Positions 1 through 10,084 of a stretch of DNA of 60,531 bases are shown piece after piece. The stretch's first letter is position 1. Every line of letters starts with the position of its first letter. The notes beneath the pieces were generated by a model. The model was given only the letters and a program-made list of their open reading frames with translations. It ran no database searches and was not told where the DNA came from. The stretch comes from a virus (taxonomy: Duplodnaviria; Caudoviricetes): positions 1-60,531 of IMG/VR virus record IMGVR_UViG_3300036830_000277; one strand, written 5' to 3'. The translations under genes and the position numbers were made by a program.

Positions 1-3
1 ACC

Positions 4-759
4 GTGCGCGCAGCACGATTTCTTTGTCTACGTGATTGGGGCATTTTGATTTCCCCATCCTGTACGCGTTGCGGGGATCCCGCCAAGCCGACCGGCGTCC
101 GCGGCCCCGCGCGTAAACGCGCCTTCTGCTCCGAGCCGTGCCGGGTGGCAATCGCCAGGACGGTCGGCGCCCGGTGCTGCCCGAAGTGCGGGAAGAGGAT
201 CGTCTCCACGGCGCGAACCTGCCGTCCATGCAGGAAGGGCGTTCGGAACGATCCAACGACGCTCAAGAAACTCCGGATCTGTGCATGCTGCGGCGAAACG
301 TTCCGCGCCGCACTGAATCCACTGGGATGGCAGTCTCCATATTGCTCGACGACATGTCGGTCAACCGGCAGAGTGCTTTCCTGTGTCGGCTGCGGAGAGA
401 GGTTTGAAGCGCGAGGATCGACCACAGTTCGCCATTGCGCGGGTTGTCGCGAAGAGAGAAAGCGTGCTGCATGGGCGGCGGACAATCATCGGAAGAGGAC
501 GCGCTCCAAGGGTCTTGAACGCGACCGTATCCTGCCTCGCGAGATATTCGACAGGGACGGCTGGAGGTGCCATCTCTGCGGCCGCCGAGTAAACAGCAGG
601 CTTCGAGCGCCGCATCCCGGATCGGCGACCCTAGACCACATAACTCCCGTGTCGAAGGGCGGCCCGCATACAAGGGCCAACGTCGCAATCGCGCACCTGT
701 CATGCAACAGCGCGAAGAGGGACAGGTCGGTCGGCGAGCAACTTCTACTCTTGGGATAG
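4..759 (+). CDS. Zinc-finger HNH endonuclease (true start may be downstream, e.g. TTG at 46)
   Basis: Multiple CxxC pairs; C-terminal IFDRDGWRCHLCG...TLDHITPVSKGGPHTRANVAIAHLSCNSAK. Confidence 0.85.
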   Translation: MRAARFLCLRDWGILISPSCTRCGDPAKPTGVRGPARKRAFCSEPCRVAIARTVGARCCPKCGKRIVSTARTCRPCRKGVRNDPTTLKKLRICACCGETFRAALNPLGWQSPYCSTTCRSTGRVLSCVGCGERFEARGSTTVRHCAGCREERKRAAWAADNHRKRTRSKGLERDRILPREIFDRDGWRCHLCGRRVNSRLRAPHPGSATLDHITPVSKGGPHTRANVAIAHLSCNSAKRDRSVGEQLLLLG

Positions 760-761
760 CC

Positions 762-1241
762 ATGCCAGGACCGATCCCGAAGCCAGCTGATATCCGGCAG
801 CGGACCAACCGCCACTCCACCGCGGCAACTCTGCCGAGTGAGCGCGCGTCGAGACGCCGGAAGGTGCCACCGCTTCCGCCCCGGGAATCGCAGACGGAGG
901 TCTGGCACCCGAAGGTCATCGAGTGGTGGCGGACGGTCTGGACCTCGCCGATGGCCGGCGAGTATCTGCACGCCGATATGCGCGGTGGGCTCTTCAACCT
1001 GGCCGAGCTCTACCAGCGCCGGTGGTCCGAGAAGGATACCAAGGTCCTGATCGCCATCATCGCCGAGATCAGGCAGCAGGAGATCCGGTTCGGTCTCTCG
1101 CCGATCGATCGCCGTCGACTGCAGTGGGAGATCGAAAAGGGCGAAGAGGCCGCGGAGCGTACGACGAAGCGCCGAAAGAGTCGCAAGCTGGATGCCTCTG
1201 CGCGGAAAGACCCCCGAGATGTCCTGAAAGTGGTTGAATAG
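762..1241 (+). CDS. terS: Terminase small subunit
   Basis: MPGPIPKP start, EIRFGLSPIDRRRLQW motif; stop overlaps the terL start. Confidence 0.85.
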   Translation: MPGPIPKPADIRQRTNRHSTAATLPSERASRRRKVPPLPPRESQTEVWHPKVIEWWRTVWTSPMAGEYLHADMRGGLFNLAELYQRRWSEKDTKVLIAIIAEIRQQEIRFGLSPIDRRRLQWEIEKGEEAAERTTKRRKSRKLDASARKDPRDVLKVVE

Positions 1242-2929
1242 TGACGGTCCTGGTCTTCCCGCCGGCCGACGCTGATCCGTGGCCGACGCTCGGACCGCAG
1301 GTCTGCGAATGGATTGAGAACTGGCTGGTGCATGGCCCGGGCGATCTCTTCGGTGAACCGGTGCGACTCAACGACGAGATCCGGGCATGGATCTACCGGA
1401 TGTATGAGATCGAACCGGCGCTGCTGGTCGAGAAGCGGGGCCGCGGCACGTCGCGGTCGAAGAATCCTCTGGCTGGTCGCCGGCGGTTCGAGCGGTGCAT
1501 CCTCTCGTTGCGGAAGGGATCGTCGAAGACGGAACTCGCCGCCTGGATCGGCGCCGCTGAGCTGCATGCAGAGGCGCCGGTCCGCTGCACCGGGTTCGTG
1601 ACCAGGCGCGGCGTGCCAGCTGAACCCGACGGCGCCGGCGTCACCGATCCGTACATCCCGATGATGTCGTCGACCGAGGAGCAGACCGAGGAGCTGGCGT
1701 ACGGCGCACTACGCCGGATCCTCGATGCGAGTCCGCTGCGTCGCGACTTCGACATCGGGCTCAACCGGATACTCCGCGTCAGCGGCGACGGAAAAGCTGA
1801 GGCGGTCGCCGCAACGCCGAATGCCCGCGACGGTGCCCGCACCACCTTCCAGCATCTCGACGAGTCGCACCGCATCGTCCTCGACGCGCAGAAGCGCGCG
1901 TGGTCCGTCATGCTGGCGAACATGGGGAAGCGCCCGAAGGCGGATCCGTGGGCGCTCGAAACGACGACGGCGCCGGAGCCAGGCGGCGGCTCTGTCGCTG
2001 AATCGACGATGGACTACGTCCTCAAGCTCGCGGCGCAGAAGGATCCTGCGCGATCGAAGATCTTCTTCTACCACCGGGAAGCGTCACAGCGGCACGACCT
2101 CGCGACAAAGGCCGGTCTCCGTGCTGCGATCCTCGAGGCGTCCGGGCCGTTCATCGCCGAATGGACGGACGTCGATCGCATCATGCGCCGGTTCGAAGAC
2201 GGCGATGCCGATCGAGCGTACGCTGAGCGGGTCTGGTTGAACCGGCGAGTGCAGTCGACCGCCAAGGCGTTCGACGCGGCGGCGTGGCGCGCGCTGGTGC
2301 GTCCCGGATACACACCGGCGAACGGCACCGCGATCTCTCTTGGCTTCGACGGCGGTCGATTCGACGATGCGACCGGGATTGTGGCCACCGAGCTTGCAAC
2401 CGGCCACCAGTGGGTCATCGGGGTCTGGGAGCGGCCGGATGTCGTGGCATCGAAGGAGACGCCGGACGCTGCCCCGTGGGAAGTCTCCGGCCCCGAAGTC
2501 GATGGGGCGGTCGACGATGCGTTCGCTCGCTGGACGGTGACCCGTATGTATTGCGACCCGCCAAAGTGGGAGAGCTACGTCGCAGCGTGGGCCGGCAGGT
2601 ACGGCGAGACTCGCGTCGCTGAGTGGTGGACGAACCGCCGTCGCCCGATGGCGTACGCAATCCGGTCCTTCGCCAACGCGATCCGGACCGGCGAGATCTC
2701 ACACGATGGCGACGCCGCGCTCGCTCGTCACATCGGCAATAGTTGTCGGGCCTCCACCAACCTGGTCGACGATCAGGACCAGCCGCTCTGGGTCCTTCGC
2801 AAGGAACGCCCAGATAGTCCGCACAAGATCGATCTCGCGATGGCGGCGACGCTGAGCTGGGAAGCGCGCAACGACTCGATCGCGGCCGGCGAGGGCGCGG
2901 CACCGAACTACAGCGTCCATTTCCTGTAA
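1241..2929 (+). CDS. terL: Terminase large subunit
   Basis: Walker A-like RKGSSKTE, Walker B HLDESH, nuclease LGFDGGRFDDATG, C-terminal KIDLAMA. Confidence 0.95.
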   Translation: MTVLVFPPADADPWPTLGPQVCEWIENWLVHGPGDLFGEPVRLNDEIRAWIYRMYEIEPALLVEKRGRGTSRSKNPLAGRRRFERCILSLRKGSSKTELAAWIGAAELHAEAPVRCTGFVTRRGVPAEPDGAGVTDPYIPMMSSTEEQTEELAYGALRRILDASPLRRDFDIGLNRILRVSGDGKAEAVAATPNARDGARTTFQHLDESHRIVLDAQKRAWSVMLANMGKRPKADPWALETTTAPEPGGGSVAESTMDYVLKLAAQKDPARSKIFFYHREASQRHDLATKAGLRAAILEASGPFIAEWTDVDRIMRRFEDGDADRAYAERVWLNRRVQSTAKAFDAAAWRALVRPGYTPANGTAISLGFDGGRFDDATGIVATELATGHQWVIGVWERPDVVASKETPDAAPWEVSGPEVDGAVDDAFARWTVTRMYCDPPKWESYVAAWAGRYGETRVAEWWTNRRRPMAYAIRSFANAIRTGEISHDGDAALARHIGNSCRASTNLVDDQDQPLWVLRKERPDSPHKIDLAMAATLSWEARNDSIAAGEGAAPNYSVHFL

Positions 2930-2930
2930 C

Positions 2931-2978
2931 ACCAGCCTTCGCAGGTTGGTGGCGGTTGCGCCGGGCGTTTCCTAGCAT
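2931..2978 (+). promoter_or_regulatory. Putative late promoter copy 1 (inverted repeat plus -35/-10-like boxes)
   Basis: ACCAGCCT-TCGC-AGGTTGGT then TGGCGG-N17-TAGCAT; 24-nt motif recurs at 23937 with one mismatch. Confidence 0.6.
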
Positions 2979-2986
2979 CCTGCGCA

Positions 2987-4942
2987 ATGAAGCGCGTCTA
3001 CTCTCTGCTGACGATCAAGTCGATCGACGAGGACCAGCGGATCATCGAAGGCGTTGCGACGACGCCGGAGACGGATCGCGCTGGAGACATCGTCGAGCCG
3101 ATGGGCGCGTCGTTCACCCTTCCCATTCCGTTCTGCTGGCAGCACGAGTCCTACGACACGCCGGTGGGGAATGTCATTGCCGCCAAGCCGACGAAGGACG
3201 GGATCACTGTTCGCGTGCAGCTGGCGAAGGATGATGAGCCCGGACTCCTGAAGGATCGGCTCGACTATGCATGGCGTTCGATCAAGCTCGCATTGGTCAG
3301 GGGCCTGTCCATCGGATTCCAGCCAATTGAGTCGGCGGATATCGAAGGCACCTGGGGTACGCGGTACATCAAGTGGGACTGGTTGGAGCTCTCCGCCGTG
3401 ACCATTCCGGCGAATGCCCCCTCGACAATTCAGACCGTGAAGTCTCTGGACTCCAAGCATGATCGCGCCGCGTCAGGCGCACGCAGGTCTTCTCCCGGCG
3501 TTCCGGGGCCCGTGAAAGTCAACTCACCCCCTCGTAACGGAGCTACCGTGAAGATCGCCGAGCGTATCAGCGAAATCCGGGAGGCGCGCAAGTCGAAGGC
3601 CGCGCGCATGACCGAGATCCAGGAAGCCGCCAGCGCGGCTGGCCAGACCAAGGACGCGGCGCAGCAGGAAGAGTTCGACACCCTTCGCGACGAGATGACA
3701 GGCCTCGATCGGGAGATCAAGGACCTCGAGACGCTCGACACCGTCACCAAGTCGATCGACGCGCAGAAGATCGACTGTGCGACCCCTGCCAGGGGTGGCT
3801 CGTCGGACGATGCCTCCGGGAGTCGCGGCACTCGGGTGGTCGCTGCGCCGCAGTCGCTCCCGAAGGGCGTTCGCTTCGCTCGAATGGCCCGATGCATTGG
3901 GATCGCGAATCGCCGCAGCCGTGATGTGGAAACCGTCGCGCGCGAGCTGTACCCGGATGACGCGCTGATCGCCAAGGCTGCGGTGGCCGCGGGCACGGTC
4001 GGCGGCGACAGCTGGGCGAGTGGCCTGGTGGGCACGGAGACGTCGGTCTTCGCCGATTTCGTCGAGTTCCTGCGCCCGCAGACGATCCTCGGCAAGTTCG
4101 GCACGGGCAACATCCCGTCGCTGCGCCGGGTGCCGTTCCGGGTGCCGCTCATCGGCCAGACGGCCGGTGGCGACGCCTACTGGACCGGCGAGGGCAAGGC
4201 GAAGGGGCTCACCGCGCTGGACTTCGCTCGCTCCACGCTGACCCCGGTCAAGCTGGCCACCATCGCAGTCGTCTCGGAGGAGCTCCTGCGCGACAGCTCG
4301 CCGTCCGCCGACGCGCTGCTCCGCGACCAGCTCGCTGCTGCGCTTCGTGCTCGGCTGGACACGGATTTCGTCGACCCGTCCAAGGCACTGGTGGCCGACG
4401 TCTCGCCGGCGTCGATCACCAACGGCGTCAGCGGCATCGCGTCGGCAGGCACCTCGGCCGACAACGTCCGGACGGACATCAAGGCGATCATGGCGCCGTT
4501 CATCGCGGCGTTCAACGCCCCGCAGAATGGCGTCTGGATCATGCCGGCGACCAGTGCGCTGGCGCTGTCGCTCATGGTCAACGCGCTCGGCCAGCAGGAA
4601 TTCCCCGGGATCACGATGAACGGCGGCACGCTGTTCGGCCTCCCGGTGATCGTGTCGGAGTTCGTGCCGACCGACTCGAATGGCGCGATCGTGGTTCTCG
4701 CCAATGCGTCCGACATCTACTTCGCCGATGACGGCGACGTGGCTGTCGACGTCAGCCGCGAGGCGTCGCTGCAGATGGACACCGCTCCGTCTGGTCACAG
4801 CGACGGCACGCCTGCCGCGGCGCAGCTGGTCTCGATGTTCCAGACGAACAGCATCGCGTTCCGCGCCGAGCGGACGCTCAACTGGAAGAAGCGCCGGCCC
4901 GAAGCGGTGCAGGTGCTGACCGGCGTCGAATGGGGTTCGTGA
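2987..4942 (+). CDS. Fused prohead protease and HK97-fold major capsid protein
   Basis: N-terminal DRAGDIVEP/WQH/GLSIGF/LELSAVTIPAN protease motifs; C-terminal capsid motifs (KLATIAVVSEELLRDS, SMFQTNSIAFRAE). Confidence 0.95.
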   Translation: MKRVYSLLTIKSIDEDQRIIEGVATTPETDRAGDIVEPMGASFTLPIPFCWQHESYDTPVGNVIAAKPTKDGITVRVQLAKDDEPGLLKDRLDYAWRSIKLALVRGLSIGFQPIESADIEGTWGTRYIKWDWLELSAVTIPANAPSTIQTVKSLDSKHDRAASGARRSSPGVPGPVKVNSPPRNGATVKIAERISEIREARKSKAARMTEIQEAASAAGQTKDAAQQEEFDTLRDEMTGLDREIKDLETLDTVTKSIDAQKIDCATPARGGSSDDASGSRGTRVVAAPQSLPKGVRFARMARCIGIANRRSRDVETVARELYPDDALIAKAAVAAGTVGGDSWASGLVGTETSVFADFVEFLRPQTILGKFGTGNIPSLRRVPFRVPLIGQTAGGDAYWTGEGKAKGLTALDFARSTLTPVKLATIAVVSEELLRDSSPSADALLRDQLAAALRARLDTDFVDPSKALVADVSPASITNGVSGIASAGTSADNVRTDIKAIMAPFIAAFNAPQNGVWIMPATSALALSLMVNALGQQEFPGITMNGGTLFGLPVIVSEFVPTDSNGAIVVLANASDIYFADDGDVAVDVSREASLQMDTAPSGHSDGTPAAAQLVSMFQTNSIAFRAERTLNWKKRRPEAVQVLTGVEWGS

Positions 4943-4973
4943 TCGTTCTGCGGCCCTGACAATCGGGTGAACG

Positions 4974-5005
4974 GGGTGCACCGGGGCGCGAGCCTCGGTG
5001 CACTC
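4974..5005 (+). terminator. Strong hairpin after capsid gene (terminator or mRNA stabiliser)
   Basis: GGGTGCACCGGGGC-GCGA-GCCTCGGTGCACTC, 14-bp stem with GNRA loop, no U tract. Confidence 0.55.
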
Positions 5006-5022
5006 GCACTGAGGGGCCTGTC

Positions 5023-5199
5023 ATGGGAAATCCTACAGCAACAGTGATTCTGGCGAACGGGAAGACGGCGACGCTCGACGCCAGGCTCGCCGATCAGTTG
5101 GTCAAGATGGGCAAAGCGTCCTACCCGGAATCCTCACAGGAACAGGCCGAGACGAAGCCGCGGCGCTATCGCCGTCGCGACATGCAGGCCGAGAGCTGA
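5023..5199 (+). CDS. Small head-module protein (58 aa)
   Basis: GAGGGG RBS, ATG at 5023, ends RRYRRRDMQAES; TGA overlaps portal ATG. Confidence 0.75.
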   Translation: MGNPTATVILANGKTATLDARLADQLVKMGKASYPESSQEQAETKPRRYRRRDMQAES

Positions 5200-6596
5200 T
5201 GCGGCTCTTCGGGCTGCAGATTCAACGCGCGCAACCGGTCGAGCGGGCGGTGCAGATATCGCCGGTGACGCCGTGGCGCGGGGGATGGTTTCCGCTCATT
5301 CGTGAGCGTGAGCCCGGCGCCTGGCAGCGGAACCGTGAGCACCGAGTCGACAACGTCATCTCGCACCATGCGGTTTACGCGTGTGTTAGCCTGATCGCAT
5401 CGGATATCGGGAAGCTGCGCCTGAAGCTGATGAAGGAAGACGACAAGAACGTTTGGTCCGAGGTCGACCACCGCAACCTGTCGCCGGTCCTGCTCAAGCC
5501 GAACGGGTTCCAGAACTACATCCAGTTCAAGGAATGGTGGGCGACGTCGAAGCTGCTGTACGGCAATACCTACGCCCTCAAGGAGCGGGACAACGCCGGC
5601 GTCATTCGCGCGCTCTACTTGCTCGATCCCTCGAGGGTCACCGTGCTGGTGGCCACCGACGGCACGGTCTTCTATCGACTCAGCCAGGACAATCTCAGCG
5701 GCGTCGAAGAGGCCTCGATCACGGTCCCGGCGTCAGAGATCATCCACGACCGGATGAACTGCCTGTTCCATCCGCTGGTGGGGATCTCACCGATCTATGC
5801 CTGCGGCACGGCGGCGGACATGGGGCTCAACATCCAGGACAACTCCACCAAGTTTTTCGGCAAGGGGAGCAACCCGAGCGGGATCCTGTCGGGCGATTCG
5901 ATTATCTCGGAGTCTTCGGCCAAGGATCTGGCGGACCGGTGGAATGAGGGATTCAGCGGTGGCAACAGCGGCCGCGTTGCCGTCCTGGGCAGCGGCCTGC
6001 AGTTCACCGCGCTTCGCATGAGCGCTGTCGACTCGCAGCTGATCGATCAGCTGAAATGGTCGGCGGAAACCGTCTGCTCTGCGTTTCACGTGCCACCGTT
6101 CAAGGTCGGTGTCGGCGACACGCCGACATATCAGAACGCCGAAACGCTGAACCAGATCTACTACTCGGACTGCTTGCAGAGTCATATCGAATCGTTCGAA
6201 GCCGTGATGAACGACGGCCTCGAACTCGACGACAAGCGCGCCAATCTCTGCATCGAGCTCGATCTGGACGCGCTGCTTCGGATGGACAGCGCTACCCAGA
6301 TGGAGACGCTCGCGAAAGGCGTCGCAGGTGCCATCCTGACGCCAAACGAGGCGCGCATGAAGCTCGACCTGAAGCCGCTCACCGGTGGCGATACGGCCTA
6401 CATGCAGCAGCAGAACTTCTCGCTCAGCGCCCTCGACGCCAGGGATCGCAGCAACCCGGCGCCATCGAGCATGGATCGTCGGACGCCGCCGGCCCCCGCT
6501 CCCGCGCCGTCCGCTGAGCCGACGGACGACATTCCGGCCAAGGCGATCGACGACTTCCTCGCGACCCTCGATGCGGAACTGCTGGTGGCCAAGTGA
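5199..6596 (+). CDS. Portal protein, HK97 family
   Basis: AVYACVSLIASDI, LLYGNTY, EIIHDR, LVGISP, AFHVPP, LTPNEAR motifs. Confidence 0.95.
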   Translation: MRLFGLQIQRAQPVERAVQISPVTPWRGGWFPLIREREPGAWQRNREHRVDNVISHHAVYACVSLIASDIGKLRLKLMKEDDKNVWSEVDHRNLSPVLLKPNGFQNYIQFKEWWATSKLLYGNTYALKERDNAGVIRALYLLDPSRVTVLVATDGTVFYRLSQDNLSGVEEASITVPASEIIHDRMNCLFHPLVGISPIYACGTAADMGLNIQDNSTKFFGKGSNPSGILSGDSIISESSAKDLADRWNEGFSGGNSGRVAVLGSGLQFTALRMSAVDSQLIDQLKWSAETVCSAFHVPPFKVGVGDTPTYQNAETLNQIYYSDCLQSHIESFEAVMNDGLELDDKRANLCIELDLDALLRMDSATQMETLAKGVAGAILTPNEARMKLDLKPLTGGDTAYMQQQNFSLSALDARDRSNPAPSSMDRRTPPAPAPAPSAEPTDDIPAKAIDDFLATLDAELLVAK

Positions 6597-7762
6597 ACGG
6601 CGAAGAGCTGGGGCGCCGCACGGCCGAGACCTTCCGGCGCGCGGTTGCCGCCGCAATCGATCCGATCCGGAAGGAACTCGCTGAGCTTCGCGAGAAGGCC
6701 GCCACGTTCCTGACGGCTGATTCGCTGCCAGACCCAGAAATGCTGATTGCGAAGGCGGCGCAGCGCGCCCGCGAGAATCTTCCGGAGCCCCGCGACGGCA
6801 AGGACGCTGATCCCGCTGTGATCGGGAAGATGGTGGACGACGCAGTCGCACTGGCCGTTGAGGCCATTCCCGCGCCCGCCGTTCAATCGGAGGACGATCT
6901 CGCGCGGCTCGTCTCGGCCGCGGTCGATACCGCGATCGCCAAGATCCCCGCGGCGCGCGACGGAAAGGACGTCGACCCAGCGCTGGTCGCCGAGATCATT
7001 ACTCGGCGCCTCGATGCGGCGATCGCTGATCTCCCGAGGCCTGCGGACGGTCGGAGCGTCACGATCGATGACGTCGCGCCGATGATCGCGTCAGAGGTCG
7101 CGAAAGCCGCAGGTCAGATCCGCGTGCCGCAGGACGGCAAGGACGCCGATCCGGCGCTGGTCCGGTCGCTGGTCGAGGAAGCGGTCGAGCGAGCTGTCGC
7201 CGAAATCCCGCTGCCGAAGGACGGCGCCAGCGTCACGGCCGACGACGTCGCGCCGATCGTGGACGCACAGGTGCGCCGCGCGATCGCCGCGTTGCCGAAG
7301 CCAGCCGAGGCCCGTGGCATCGCATCCGCCACGCTCACGTCCGACGGTACCCTGCTCCTTCGCATGACGGACGGCGAGGATCTCGACGTCGGGCGAGTGG
7401 TCGGCAAGGATGCCGACACGATGGCGATTCTGCGGCAGGTGACGGAGTCGGTTCCGAAGCCCCGCGACGGCCGCGACGGTGTGGCCACCAGGGACGAGCT
7501 GCAGTTGCTGATCCGAGACGGGATCGCCGCGGCGCTGGATGGCGCGGTGGAAGCCGCCGTAGCCAAGGCGTTCGAGAAGCACCCGAAGATCGAGTATCGC
7601 AATGTCTGGGAGCCGGGGATCTACAGCAAGGGCAACGTCGTGACCTTCGGCGGGTGTGGGTGGATCTGCCTCGTCGACTCGACCGAGCAGAAGCCAGGCA
7701 CCACCAAGGACTGGCAGCTCTTCGTGAAGAAGGGCCGCGACGGGCGGGACCGCGATCGATGA
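6593..7762 (+). CDS. DGKD-repeat (collagen-like) head-associated protein
   Basis: Repeated P..RDGKD(A/V)DPA and DG.SVT.DDVAP units; C-terminal YRNVW..G.Y.KG.VVT..G..W...VKKGRDG domain; lies after portal. Confidence 0.7.
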   Translation: MNGEELGRRTAETFRRAVAAAIDPIRKELAELREKAATFLTADSLPDPEMLIAKAAQRARENLPEPRDGKDADPAVIGKMVDDAVALAVEAIPAPAVQSEDDLARLVSAAVDTAIAKIPAARDGKDVDPALVAEIITRRLDAAIADLPRPADGRSVTIDDVAPMIASEVAKAAGQIRVPQDGKDADPALVRSLVEEAVERAVAEIPLPKDGASVTADDVAPIVDAQVRRAIAALPKPAEARGIASATLTSDGTLLLRMTDGEDLDVGRVVGKDADTMAILRQVTESVPKPRDGRDGVATRDELQLLIRDGIAAALDGAVEAAVAKAFEKHPKIEYRNVWEPGIYSKGNVVTFGGCGWICLVDSTEQKPGTTKDWQLFVKKGRDGRDRDR

Positions 7763-8439
7763 GCGCGACAGGGCTCGCCGCCTCGACCCGTTCCGTCCCG
7801 TGCACCAGAGAGACGCAGCGCTGCGCCGACGCGACGCGCTACGACGCGGTCTTGCCGGACTGCTGCCGCGGACATCTCCGGCGCATGGTCGCGGATATCA
7901 TGCGGGTGCTCGATTCGCGGAACATCGTGTGGTGGGCCGACTACGGCACGCTGCTGGGCGCCGTGCGCAACCCGCTGACCACTGCGGCGGACTATCCGTG
8001 GCTCACGCTGCCCGCGGCGCCGATTCCTCCCGGCATCATTCCCCACGACAAGGACGCCGATTTCGGCATCCTTGGTGTCGGCTTCGATGTGCTCAAGAAT
8101 CTCCAGCAATTGCTGCAGCGCGAGGGATACGACGCGCAGCTGCGCCAGCTCGGTCCGTCACTGAAGGTTCGGCTCTCGTCGTCCAACAAGACCAACGTCG
8201 ACCTCTTCGTGTGGCGCGAGCGGTCCGATGGCATGCTGCTGCGGAACCACTACATCGCCGTCGACGCCTTCAAGGGCCGTGAATTCCCGAAGACCGAGCT
8301 CTTCCCGCTGTCGACGGTGGAATGGGAGGGCCTGGCGCTGCCAGCCCCGCGCGATCCGGCTGCGTTCTGCGAATTCCGATACGGGTCGACGTGGCGCACC
8401 CCCGTCGCAGCGAACCACGACGGTCGGCGGCGCCCTTGA
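7759..8439 (+). CDS. licD: LicD/fukutin-family phosphotransferase
   Basis: WWADYGTLLGAVR...GIIPHDKDADFG, VDLF, LFPL..V.WEG..LPAP, RYG.TW.TP. Confidence 0.9.
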   Translation: MSATGLAASTRSVPCTRETQRCADATRYDAVLPDCCRGHLRRMVADIMRVLDSRNIVWWADYGTLLGAVRNPLTTAADYPWLTLPAAPIPPGIIPHDKDADFGILGVGFDVLKNLQQLLQREGYDAQLRQLGPSLKVRLSSSNKTNVDLFVWRERSDGMLLRNHYIAVDAFKGREFPKTELFPLSTVEWEGLALPAPRDPAAFCEFRYGSTWRTPVAANHDGRRRP

Positions 8440-9449
8440 GAATCTTCCTCACCTGCCCCACACTCACTCCGCACGGCGGCATTCGCGTCATCCTGGAATG
8501 GGCGAACCGCCTGTCGCAGCGGGGCCACTTGATCCACCTCCGAGTCGACGACCGTCGGGACTCCGACTGGTTCGCGATCGATCGATCGGTGCGCATCGAG
8601 CGGACCGATGAGGCCCTACAGGCGTGCGATGTGCTGGTGGTCACGTCGCCGCACGCCGTCGACTACCTCGAAGTCGACGAGGCGCCGGCGCGGCGCTTCG
8701 CGTTCATGCAAATGGCGGAGCATCTGTTCAGGCCTGGCGACCTCCGCTGGCATCGGCAGTGCGAGCGGTTCTACACCACGCGCGCACCGCTGATCCTGAT
8801 CAGCGGCTGGAATCGCGACCTCGTGAGGGATTTTGGTCGGCACGGACCGGTGCATTACGTCCGGAATGCGGTCAACCTGGACGACTTCCCGATCGAGACG
8901 CCGCAGAAGGACGGCCGGACGGTGCTGATCGAAGGCTGGTGGCCGGACAACCCGACGAAGGACTCGGACCGCATCGGTGCCAAGGTCGCGGCGAGGCTGG
9001 CGCGCGAAGGGTATCGCATCACGGCGTACGGGCGGAATCCACTGCCGCAGCGGGATCCGTTCCGGCGCGTCCCGATGCGGTATATCGCCAATCCGACGCT
9101 GAAACAGCTCAACGCACTCTATCGCGAAGCTGCCATCCTGATCAAGGCGTCGCACGATGACGCGCGGGCATGCGCTCCGATGGAGGCGATGACCAAGGGT
9201 ACCGTGACAGCGCGAGCGATCGAGCGAGGCGACGACGACCTGGTGCACGACGCGAACTGCATGCGTGCACCGTATGACGAGATCGCGCTCTATCTGACAG
9301 CCAAGCAATTACTCGACGACGTCGACCTGCGCCAGCGTCTCGCGGCATCAGGTCGCGATTACGTCGCGTCGACGACATGGGATGACTGCCTCGACGAGAT
9401 CGAAGGCATCCTCAACGCCGAGGAGCTGGTACTGGAGCTCTCGGCATGA
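8436..9449 (+). CDS. Glycosyltransferase, GT-B (GT4-like)
   Basis: HGGIRVILEWANRLSQRGH; LYREAAILIKAS...APMEAMTKG; TTG start overlaps licD stop. Confidence 0.88.
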   Translation: MRIFLTCPTLTPHGGIRVILEWANRLSQRGHLIHLRVDDRRDSDWFAIDRSVRIERTDEALQACDVLVVTSPHAVDYLEVDEAPARRFAFMQMAEHLFRPGDLRWHRQCERFYTTRAPLILISGWNRDLVRDFGRHGPVHYVRNAVNLDDFPIETPQKDGRTVLIEGWWPDNPTKDSDRIGAKVAARLAREGYRITAYGRNPLPQRDPFRRVPMRYIANPTLKQLNALYREAAILIKASHDDARACAPMEAMTKGTVTARAIERGDDDLVHDANCMRAPYDEIALYLTAKQLLDDVDLRQRLAASGRDYVASTTWDDCLDEIEGILNAEELVLELSA

Positions 9450-10084
9450 TTCCGATCGCGATCGTCGCCGTCGAATACCTCGAACCGGGATACCAGGCCG
9501 TACGCGAGGCGATCGATGGCACCGGCGTGCCGGCGATCTACATCGATCGCCGCGGGGTCGGCAGTCTCGCGGCTGCATATAACAGCGGCGCCGCGCAGGC
9601 GGAGGCGCTCGAGCCGGAGTTCCTCTGGTTCATGTCGAACGTTGGCTTCGGTCCAACACTGCTCCCTCGATTGCACGACCAGCTGGCTGCGCGGTCCGAC
9701 TACGCGGCCATCCATCCTGCCTTCGCGAGCGATCACGTCGCCTGTCAGCCGGACGGCTCGGACGAGGTGAAGCCGGTGGCGTTTGTCGAATTCACGTGCC
9801 CGCTGGTTCGGGCCAGCGTCTTTCGCGCGCACCCGCTGGACGAGCGGATGCCGTACTGGGGTCATGACTTGGATTGGGGCTTTCGCGTCCGTGCCGCGCA
9901 CTGGAAGGTCGGCATCGATCATGGCGCGCCGGCGATCGAGCACACCTACATCCGCAACGAACGGCAGTCGCATCCGATCACCCGTCGACGCCACCAACTG
10001 CGGAAACAGTCGAACGCCGCGACGACCAGCGTCCTCGTGGACACATACGGCGCCGGGTGGCGCGGGAAGCTCGAATGGCGCTGA
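9446..10084 (+). CDS. Glycosyltransferase, GT-A (GT2-like)
   Basis: GSLAAAYNSG, VAFVEFTCPLVR, LDERMPYWGHDLDWGFR. Confidence 0.8.
   Translation: MIPIAIVAVEYLEPGYQAVREAIDGTGVPAIYIDRRGVGSLAAAYNSGAAQAEALEPEFLWFMSNVGFGPTLLPRLHDQLAARSDYAAIHPAFASDHVACQPDGSDEVKPVAFVEFTCPLVRASVFRAHPLDERMPYWGHDLDWGFRVRAAHWKVGIDHGAPAIEHTYIRNERQSHPITRRRHQLRKQSNAATTSVLVDTYGAGWRGKLEWR

Noticed and set aside
3524-4981. 485-aa minus-strand ORF, and similar long antisense ORFs elsewhere
   Set aside because: Shadow of the capsid gene; no RBS or domain signal
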